In this document: positions 1 to 6,250 of the stretch, in pieces
Layout: the number at the start of each line of letters is the position of its first letter
Numbering within the stretch: position 1 is the stretch's first letter
Source of the DNA: an uncultured Desulfurococcaceae archaeon
Lineage (GTDB): Archaea > Thermoproteota > Thermoprotei_A > Sulfolobales > NBVN01
DNA length: 18,696 bases
NCBI GenBank assembly: GCA_964442165.1
Contig: CAYTXX010000019.1
Span: 1-18,696 of the forward strand
Direction: 5' to 3'
Notes under the pieces: model-generated
The model's input: the letters and a program-made list of their open reading frames with translations, nothing else
Told to the model about the DNA's origin: nothing
Databases searched by the model: none
Program-made: the position numbers and the translations under genes

Positions 1-216
1 GGTAGGCACTTCATCAACGTCATTAAGGAGAGGTGTAAGGAGTGCGGTCTCTGCATATTTGTCTGCCCTACTAAGGTACTCGATAGGGGTATTGAGAGGA
101 ATAGCCGTGGTTACAGGTACGTTATCCCGGCTAGACCCGAGAGGTGTATCGGCTGTAGGATGTGTGAGTACACGTGCCCCGACTTCGCTATATTTATTGA
201 GGTGGGTGGGGGGTGA
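1..216 (+). CDS. korD: 2-oxoacid:ferredoxin oxidoreductase delta subunit (2x[4Fe-4S] ferredoxin-like), 5'-truncated by window edge
   Basis: Frame-1 ORF is open from base 1 to TGA 214-216. The translation contains CKECGLCIFVCP and CIGCRMCEYTCP, two CxxCxxCxxxCP cluster motifs. Its stop overlaps the GTG of the next gene (GTGA). It is the first gene of a delta-alpha-beta-gamma cluster. Confidence 0.75.
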   Translation, partial: GRHFINVIKERCKECGLCIFVCPTKVLDRGIERNSRGYRYVIPARPERCIGCRMCEYTCPDFAIFIEVGGG

Positions 217-1337
217 GGGTAGACTACATAACCGGTAATACAGCTATAGCTCTAGGCTCCATAGCTGCCGGCCTTAAGTTCTACGCCGGCTACCCGATAA
301 CTCCTACCTCCGACATATTCGAGCTACTAGCTAGGGAGCTACCGAAGAGGGGCGGCTACGTGATCCAGTTCGAGGACGAGTTAGCCTCCATAAACGCTGC
401 TATAGGTGCTTCGTGGGCCTGCGCTAAGTCTATGACAGCTACCAGCGGGCCCGGCTTCTCCCTAATGGTTGAGGCCCTAAGCCTAGCCGTGATAACCGAG
501 ACGCCGGTAGTGGTAGCCTACGTAATGAGGACCGGCCCCTCGACGGGTGTCCCAACGAGGTCTGGCCAGTACGACGTCCTGCAGGCTACCTACGGGTTCC
601 ACGGTGGGTTGGTGATACCTGTACTAGCTCCCGCCACTCCTCAGGAGGCCTTCGACCTAACGGTTAAGGCCTTCAACGTCTCCGAGAAGCTTAGGACCCC
701 GGTGATAGTGCTATCAGACGCCGTTATAGCCCATACCTACGGTAAGGTCGTCGTTAGGGAGCCTGGTGAGGTCGAGGTAGTTGAGAGAGCTAAGCCTACA
801 GCACCCCCAGAGAAGTACAGGCCCTACGACCCCGGCGATGGGCTTGTCCCACCTATGGCCTGCTTTGGTGAGGGGTACAGCGTACTGGTCGAGTCCCTAA
901 CCCACGATGAGAGGGGGTACTACGCCCCCAGGTCCGACGTCCAGCGCAGGCTTATGTGGAGGCTGTACAGGAAGATAGCTGAGAGCGCCTCGGAGCTATT
1001 CGACTACAGCGCGGCCTACCTAGACGGATGCGACGTAGCCCTAGTCTCCTACGGCTCTACCTCGCTCTCAGCTCTAGTAGCCACCAAGATCCTGAGAAGC
1101 GAGGGCTACAGAGCCTGCTGCATTAGGTTGAGGACCCTCTTCCCCATATACGAGGAGGGAATTAGGAAGCTACTCGAGGGGGTTGGGAAGGTGTTCGTGG
1201 TGGAGAACAACATCGGGCTCTACTACAGGGAGCTACGCGGGGTCCTAAGGGGTAGCGAGGTGGTCAGCGTACCCATAATAGACCTAGACCTACCCCAGCC
1301 TAGGGAGGTAGTCGAGGTGGTGAAGCAGTGGCTGTAG
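213..1337 (+). CDS. korA: 2-oxoacid (probably 2-oxoglutarate):ferredoxin oxidoreductase alpha subunit
   Basis: 374 aa. Carries N-terminal GNTAIALGSIAAG, GYPITPTS and FEDELASINAAIGAS motifs typical of OFOR alpha subunits. Size matches KorA/OorA-type alpha. SD-like GAGGTGG at 199-205. Confidence 0.9.
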   Translation: MRVDYITGNTAIALGSIAAGLKFYAGYPITPTSDIFELLARELPKRGGYVIQFEDELASINAAIGASWACAKSMTATSGPGFSLMVEALSLAVITETPVVVAYVMRTGPSTGVPTRSGQYDVLQATYGFHGGLVIPVLAPATPQEAFDLTVKAFNVSEKLRTPVIVLSDAVIAHTYGKVVVREPGEVEVVERAKPTAPPEKYRPYDPGDGLVPPMACFGEGYSVLVESLTHDERGYYAPRSDVQRRLMWRLYRKIAESASELFDYSAAYLDGCDVALVSYGSTSLSALVATKILRSEGYRACCIRLRTLFPIYEEGIRKLLEGVGKVFVVENNIGLYYRELRGVLRGSEVVSVPIIDLDLPQPREVVEVVKQWL

Positions 1338-2170
1338 CGCACCCACTAGATAGGTACCTTAGGACCGACAGGATACCTACGATGTGGTGCCCGGGCTGCG
1401 GGCTCGGGATCCTACTGGGATGCGTACTGAGAGCTGTAGATAGGAGGATTAGGGAGGGTAGCCTAAGGAGGGAGAACGTAGGCTTCGTCGGAGGTATAGG
1501 GTGTTCAGCTAGGATGACCCTCTACCCATACTTCGACTCAGCCCACGTAATCCACGGTAGGGCCATACCCTTCGCGCTGGGGGTTAAGGTGGTGAAGCCC
1601 GAGATGAAGATGGTCGTGGTTGGAGGGGATGGGGATATAGCTGCCATAGGCGGTAACCACATACTTCACGCGATTAGGAGGAACGCCGACCTCCTGGTGA
1701 TCATGGCTAACAACATGATCTACGGCATGACCGGTGGCCAGCAGGCACCTACAACCCCTAGAGGTCTCTACACGACTACCACACCCTACGGTAACCCAGA
1801 GAGGGAGATCAATATGGTTAGGCTAGCTGCAGCTCTAGGAGCTAACTACATCGCTCGGGGATCCGTGACCCATCCACCCCTACTTGAGCAGATGATCTAC
1901 AAGGCCCTAGGTAAGAGGGGCCTAGCCTTCGTTGAGGTACTCTCAACCTGTCCAGAGCTCTTCGGTAGGCACATAGGGTTTAGAAACCCTGTAGACCTCT
2001 ACAACGAGCTTAGGAAGAGGGTGGTAGTGAAGGTAAGGCCCTCTGTAGATGAGAGCGACTACAGCTGGGAGAGGGGCTTCGTAGTCGGGGAGTTCGTGGA
2101 TAGGGATGAGCCAGGCTTTATCGAGATATTATATGAGTATACATCGAAGGCTAGGGGTGGTGTAGGTTGA
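1328..2170 (+). CDS. korB: 2-oxoacid:ferredoxin oxidoreductase beta subunit (TPP-binding)
   Basis: 280 aa. Has WCPGCG near the N-terminus and the TPP motif VVGGDGDIAAIGGNH...NNMIYGMTGGQ. Overlaps korA by 10 bp. SD-like GAGGTGGTGA at 1313-1322. Confidence 0.9.
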   Translation: MAVAHPLDRYLRTDRIPTMWCPGCGLGILLGCVLRAVDRRIREGSLRRENVGFVGGIGCSARMTLYPYFDSAHVIHGRAIPFALGVKVVKPEMKMVVVGGDGDIAAIGGNHILHAIRRNADLLVIMANNMIYGMTGGQQAPTTPRGLYTTTTPYGNPEREINMVRLAAALGANYIARGSVTHPPLLEQMIYKALGKRGLAFVEVLSTCPELFGRHIGFRNPVDLYNELRKRVVVKVRPSVDESDYSWERGFVVGEFVDRDEPGFIEILYEYTSKARGGVG

Positions 2171-2697
2171 GGATCGAGGTACTCATAGCCGGTAGGGGAG
2201 GGCAGGGTATACTGCTACTAGGACACATACTTGGGAAGGCTATGGCTAAGTACACCAACCTCTACATACTAGGTAGCGAGACCTACGCGGCAGAGACTAG
2301 GGGAGGGGACTCAAGGGTAGACCTAGTCGTAGCCGATAGAGAGGAGGAGGCAGACTTCATCAAGGTGATGGGCGCTGATATAGCCTTAGTAATGCACCAA
2401 GCCCAGCTTGACGCCTACAGCCACCTAATTAAGGACGGAGCTCTGGTGTTCCTAGACGGATCTAACGTTACCAGCATACCCTCAAGGAACTGGAGGGTCT
2501 TCCTAGAGCCGTACACCGATATAGCAGAGAGGGAGTTCGGTACACCTAGGGTTGCTAACATAGTTGCCCTAGGGCACTTAGTGAAGCAGACGTCCCTAGT
2601 CCCTCCAGAGGGTGTTGAGGAGGTAATAAGGGAGACAGTACCTAGGGACTGGGTCGACGTAAACATAAGGGCCTTTAGGTACTTCCTAAGTAGGTAG
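2167..2697 (+). CDS. korC: 2-oxoacid:ferredoxin oxidoreductase gamma subunit
   Basis: 176 aa. N-terminal IAGRGGQG motif of OFOR gamma subunits. TTGA stop/start overlap with korB. Confidence 0.9.
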   Translation: MRIEVLIAGRGGQGILLLGHILGKAMAKYTNLYILGSETYAAETRGGDSRVDLVVADREEEADFIKVMGADIALVMHQAQLDAYSHLIKDGALVFLDGSNVTSIPSRNWRVFLEPYTDIAEREFGTPRVANIVALGHLVKQTSLVPPEGVEEVIRETVPRDWVDVNIRAFRYFLSR

Positions 2698-2724
2698 GGG
2701 GCTAGGTCCTAGAGCTCTACACAG

Positions 2725-2733
2725 TTTTAATAA
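2725..2733 (+). promoter_or_regulatory. TATA-like box (TTTTAATAA) upstream of the thioredoxin-like gene; the T-rich context may also terminate the kor operon
   Basis: This is the only A/T-rich block in the 127-bp gap after korC. It is followed about 30 bp later by an open frame encoding a signal-peptide-like segment. Confidence 0.35.
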
Positions 2734-2824
2734 TTCTTTAACTAGTAGTTCGGGGAGGACTACGGGTAAGCTGCAGCCCTACGTACTCATAGCCCTCGCC
2801 GCTCTAGCTATATGTGCTCACACC

Positions 2825-3355
2825 GTGCTGAGCTCAGGCGAGTTCTTCCTATACCTCTTCGGAGCTACCTGGTGCCCGTACTGCAGAGCTCTAAGTGAGT
2901 TCTTCGGTAAGAGCTTCCCAGGTAACAGCTACTTCTGTAAGATAGATGAAGACCGGAGCTGTAGGGAGGCTCTTAACTTCCTTAACAGCTACCTGGAGTC
3001 TAAGGGGGTCCCCGAGAACGTAACTGGCTACATACCCCTAACCATAGTAGTAGTTGAGGGTAGGTACGTAGCTGCTATAGTAATCGGAGCTGTAACAGAT
3101 GCGGCGTTCTGGAGGGACCTAGCTAGGGCAGCACCTAGGGAGGAGATCCCCGTAATGCTAGGTAGGGATAGGGTCTACAAGGTACAGCTAACCTACGAGG
3201 AGCAGGCTCAGCTCGTATCTAACTACGTACGCCTACCCGAGGCTACCGCAACTAAGCCTGGGTTACACCAGCTAGAGCCTCAGGTTCTAGTAGCGCTAGC
3301 CCTAGTAGTAGCTGGGGTAGCTCTAGTAGCGTACTCCCTAGTAAGACGTAGGTGA
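2825..3355 (+). CDS. membrane-anchored thioredoxin/glutaredoxin-like protein (WCPYC active site); true start may lie upstream near 2762-2771
   Basis: 176 aa from GTG 2825. FFLYLFGATWCPYC matches a thioredoxin-fold beta1-CxxC motif. The C-terminal segment VLVALALVVAGVALVAYSLVRRR is a TM anchor. The in-frame upstream sequence encodes a hydrophobic signal-like segment with no NTG codon. Confidence 0.7.
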   Translation: MLSSGEFFLYLFGATWCPYCRALSEFFGKSFPGNSYFCKIDEDRSCREALNFLNSYLESKGVPENVTGYIPLTIVVVEGRYVAAIVIGAVTDAAFWRDLARAAPREEIPVMLGRDRVYKVQLTYEEQAQLVSNYVRLPEATATKPGLHQLEPQVLVALALVVAGVALVAYSLVRRR

Positions 3356-3362
3356 TTTCTAC

Positions 3363-4505
3363 GTGGCTTCGGTAAGAGCCCTCTACACCTTAGCTGTCCT
3401 CCTGCTCGTACTCGTACCTACTACATACCTATACAGCTCCTCAGGGGTTCCCGTACTCTACAGAGGGGTGGAGGTAGGCTGTGCTGAGGGGTTAGAGGAC
3501 TACGTAGCTAGGTTAACTACTGTCGTAGGAAACTACACCACCTACTTCTTCGGGATTACGGGGTGCCCTGACTGTGCTGAGATGGAGAGGTATCTCAGTA
3601 ACCTCTCCACAGACAGTCCAGCCTACATTGACGTATCCATAAGTAGGGATATATTCGGAGAGCTACTGAAGACTCTTTCCAGCTACGTAGATGAGGGGTA
3701 CCTTAAAGAGGTACCGGTAGTTCTAGTAGTATGCGGTAGTAGACCTGTAGTGGTCTCAATAGGTGTTTATAGGAACGATACCTTCTGGAGGTTTACCCTA
3801 GGCTGTAGCTACACCTTAACCTGCACGCCAACGCTTAGGAAGCCACCTAACCTTCTAGGGCTAGTAGCATCAGCTGTAGTTCTAGGCCTCGCCTCATCCC
3901 TTAGCCCGTGCGTCCTATACCTATACATAGCCCTACTACTATCCTACACGGCCTCAGGGCTAGGAGGCTCCACCTGGAGGCTCCTAACCTTCGTAGCAGG
4001 CCTGGGCTTAGGCTACTTAGCCGTAGTGCTAGGGCTTTCTGGAGCTATGGCCTACCTAAGGCACCTTAGCTGGGCGCTACTCATAGCCTTCGGCGTGTTC
4101 ATGGTACTCCACTCGAGGGGGGCTATCGGCTGCCCGGTTGGTGGTAAAGCCTGCAGAGAGCTCCCGGTACCCGGTGTTAGCTCCATAATCGGGTTCGGCG
4201 GGGTACTCCCCCTAGTGCTAGGGCTAGTAGCTTCCCTAGGCGCGGTCCCCTGTAGCTCCGGCTACTACGTAGTGCTCTACACGGCATCAGGAGGGTATGT
4301 AACCACTACCCTACTAGCAGCTTACATACTTTCGTTCCTCTCCCCCTACTTAGCGCTCTCCATAGCCTCTAGAAAGCTCCTCAACCTCCTAGAGGGGGTA
4401 GCCCGTAGGGTAGCTATCGTAGAGGCCGCTGCGGGTATAGCTATGGTAGCCCTCGGGGTTTACCAAGCTCTAAGCACGTGGTTACTTTCAGCTACTAGGC
4501 CTTAG
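3363..4505 (+). CDS. thioredoxin-like domain fused to CcdA/DsbD-type thiol:disulfide electron-transfer membrane domain
   Basis: 380 aa. Has an N-terminal signal-anchor (LYTLAVLLLVLVPTTYLY), then a Trx-like domain with FFGITGCPDC, then about 6 TM helices. The TM region carries the two CcdA/DsbD-type Pro-Cys motifs (SLSPCVLYLY and GAVPCSSGYY). Lies 7 bp after the previous gene, with an AGGTGAT SD-like box at 3350-3356. Confidence 0.7.
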   Translation: MASVRALYTLAVLLLVLVPTTYLYSSSGVPVLYRGVEVGCAEGLEDYVARLTTVVGNYTTYFFGITGCPDCAEMERYLSNLSTDSPAYIDVSISRDIFGELLKTLSSYVDEGYLKEVPVVLVVCGSRPVVVSIGVYRNDTFWRFTLGCSYTLTCTPTLRKPPNLLGLVASAVVLGLASSLSPCVLYLYIALLLSYTASGLGGSTWRLLTFVAGLGLGYLAVVLGLSGAMAYLRHLSWALLIAFGVFMVLHSRGAIGCPVGGKACRELPVPGVSSIIGFGGVLPLVLGLVASLGAVPCSSGYYVVLYTASGGYVTTTLLAAYILSFLSPYLALSIASRKLLNLLEGVARRVAIVEAAAGIAMVALGVYQALSTWLLSATRP

Positions 4506-4598
4506 CTACCGGCACCCGCATACTCCGCACTAGAAGTATCTCCGTTACCTAGGTTAGCTGAAGGTAAGCTACGGGATTCATACTCTACGTATGTAATC

Positions 4599-4605
4599 TT
4601 ATAAG
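4599..4605 (+). promoter_or_regulatory. TATA-like box (TTATAAG)
   Basis: Lies about 35 bp upstream of TTG 4638. The same 9-mer TTATAAGCT recurs at 6113-6121 upstream of the HTH gene. Confidence 0.35.
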
Positions 4606-4637
4606 CTCAGTTACCCGGAGAGCTCTGTGAAAGTATC

Positions 4638-5108
4638 TTGAGGAGGTTAGTACACGTACTCGCGTCTACGGCTACGGCTACGTGGACCTCTAGGCTGGTA
4701 GTACAGCTAGGCAGCACTGAGGTCCTTGGAGTAGCTTACGTTACGTCCCTATGCGTTAACTGGATCTTGGACTACCTAGGTCATAGCGGTGGTAGGAGGT
4801 CCCCGCTAACCCACGAACCTCTCAACGCCTCAGCTATATCCTTCATCGCAGCTCTAGCTCTAAGCACGCTTTACCTCTACAACCTAGAGCTAGCCCTAGT
4901 TACCCTACTAGCCTCAGGGGTTAGCTTCGTAACCCACCTACTCCTAGACCTACTAAGCGGTGGGATCTACGTAAGAGACGGCTGTAGCTATAGAAGGGTG
5001 TACCTACTGAAGCTCAGGGAACCCCTCTACTCAGCTGCTAATAGCGCTACCCTAGCGCTCTCCATAGCTGCTATAGCTCTCCACCTGCTTAACCCCTACC
5101 TCCGGTAG
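4638..5108 (+). CDS. small polytopic membrane protein, DUF457/YdjM-like putative membrane-bound metal-dependent hydrolase
   Basis: 156 aa with 4-5 hydrophobic helices. His/Asp pattern LDYLGHSGGRRSPLTHE and THLLLDLLSGGIYV resembles the H...R..THS and sHllLD..t.G motifs of the family. Assignment is by motif memory only. Confidence 0.45.
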   Translation: MRRLVHVLASTATATWTSRLVVQLGSTEVLGVAYVTSLCVNWILDYLGHSGGRRSPLTHEPLNASAISFIAALALSTLYLYNLELALVTLLASGVSFVTHLLLDLLSGGIYVRDGCSYRRVYLLKLREPLYSAANSATLALSIAAIALHLLNPYLR

Positions 5109-5164
5109 CGGTACCAGCTCTACGGTATATTACGGCTTGGAGCAGATCGCAGTGGAGCTGAGGC

Positions 5165-5989
5165 GTGTGCTGGGGTGTACTGGGGAAGCTAATTAGCGTA
5201 AGCGGTTTAGAGGCCGAGGTCGAGGTTGGGGGGGCCGTTATCAAGGCTCTCGTAGCTATTGAGGGGCTTAGCCCGGGTGATATAGTCCTAGTCCACGCCG
5301 GTGTAGTGCTAGAGAAGGTAGATAGGGAGGACGTGCTGAGGAACCTCTCAGTATACTACGACCTAATGAAGTACCACTACGTATTCAACGGAGTACCCGA
5401 GGAGGAGGCGGCTTCAAGAGCTAGGGAGGACCTAGCTAAGCTAGCTACAGAGCTTGGGGTACCTATCGACGATGTACTTAAGTCCATCCAGGACGCCGGT
5501 GAGCCCTCGGGAGGAGGTGGCGGGGTTATGCCCCTGGAGGTACCTGAGAGGGCCTTCTCCGTGGAGTACGCTGTTCAGCTAGCTGAGACGGACTACCTCC
5601 AGGTTATGCACTACACTAACTACATGAGGATATGCGAGAGGGCCTTCATGGCCCTCCTAAGGGAGGTTGGCCTAAGCTACACGAGGCTAATCCACGAGTA
5701 CGGGGTCTTCATACCTACTGTAGAGGTAAACGCTAAAATCAGGTCCCCAGCTAGGATGGACAACACTCTGAGGGTGTACGTATGGGTGGAGGAGATAGGG
5801 AGGAAGCATATCAAGTACAGGTGCGTAGTAGAGAACAAGGCTACCGGTAGCGTATCCGCCGACGTAGTTCACGTAGCTGTATGCACAGATACCGCTATAA
5901 CCTCGAGCCACGAGATACCGGAGGACCTTAGGTCAGCCCTCAGCAAGTACCTTGTAACCCCCGGGCAGGATACGGCTTATAAGTACTGA
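5165..5989 (+). CDS. HypC/HupF-like N-terminal domain fused to 4HBT/YbgC-type hotdog acyl-CoA thioesterase
   Basis: 274 aa, one open frame. Has N-terminal MCWGVLGK...GDIVLVHAGVVLEKVDREDV (HypC pattern), a Gly5 linker, and C-terminal AETDYLQVMHYTNYMRICERAF...RVYVWVEEIGRKHIKYRC (4HBT pattern). GTG start is followed by Cys. Confidence 0.75.
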   Translation: MCWGVLGKLISVSGLEAEVEVGGAVIKALVAIEGLSPGDIVLVHAGVVLEKVDREDVLRNLSVYYDLMKYHYVFNGVPEEEAASRAREDLAKLATELGVPIDDVLKSIQDAGEPSGGGGGVMPLEVPERAFSVEYAVQLAETDYLQVMHYTNYMRICERAFMALLREVGLSYTRLIHEYGVFIPTVEVNAKIRSPARMDNTLRVYVWVEEIGRKHIKYRCVVENKATGSVSADVVHVAVCTDTAITSSHEIPEDLRSALSKYLVTPGQDTAYKY

Positions 5990-6002
5990 TAAGGAGATCG
6001 TA

Positions 6003-6062
6003 GGGGATGATGACTCCGCCGAGGATGATCTGTGATTCCAAGGACTCGAGCACTGACATCCA
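6003..6062 (+). ncRNA. candidate archaeal C/D box sRNA (2'-O-methylation guide)
   Basis: C box ATGATGA at 6007-6013 and D box CTGA at 6053-6056 are separated by 39 nt, the canonical archaeal spacing. Degenerate internal boxes: D' ATGA at 6025-6028 and C' GTGATTC at 6032-6038. These leave guides of 11 nt and 14 nt. Sits 17 nt after the stop of the upstream CDS and is followed by a 5-bp GC hairpin (6067-6083). Confidence 0.45.
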
Positions 6063-6112
6063 ACCCCCGCGGTGACCTCGCGGTAGGGTAGGTTTGACTT
6101 CTGTGAATAGCG

Positions 6113-6119
6113 TTATAAG
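6113..6119 (+). promoter_or_regulatory. TATA-like box (TTATAAG) for the HTH regulator gene
   Basis: A/T box in an otherwise GC-rich spacer. The predicted TSS near 6140-6147 lies just before the in-frame TAG (6152-6154) that opens the HTH reading frame. Confidence 0.35.
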
Positions 6120-6250
6120 CTTAACTACCGTGGCTTTGATCTGGGTGTAACTAGCTGATATCAAGGTACGTAATCGATGAGGTTAAGAGGAGGATAGCCG
6201 GGGACGTAGTCTACAGCGACGACTCGGGGCAGGCTATTAGGAAGTGGAGG

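Noticed and set aside
2415-2666. 83-aa minus-strand ORF inside korC
   Set aside because: It lies fully antisense to a well-supported gamma-subunit gene. The composition is Ser/Thr/Leu-rich, typical of a shadow frame, with no motif.
5687-5911. 74-aa minus-strand ORF inside the thioesterase domain
   Set aside because: It is antisense to a motif-supported CDS. The Tyr/Val-rich low-complexity translation is typical of reverse-frame artefacts in this codon usage.
6008-6076. 22-codon ORF (MMTPPRMICDSKDSSTDIQPPR) in the hypC-fusion/HTH spacer
   Set aside because: The same bases are better explained by the C/D box sRNA pattern. There is no SD and no conservation evidence is available.
5940-6164. 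74-aa minus-strand ORF spanning the hypC-fusion 3' end and the intergenic region
   Set aside because: It overlaps the CDS end by 50 bp and covers the C/D-box candidate and the HTH promoter. It has no recognisable domain and no upstream A/T box or SD.
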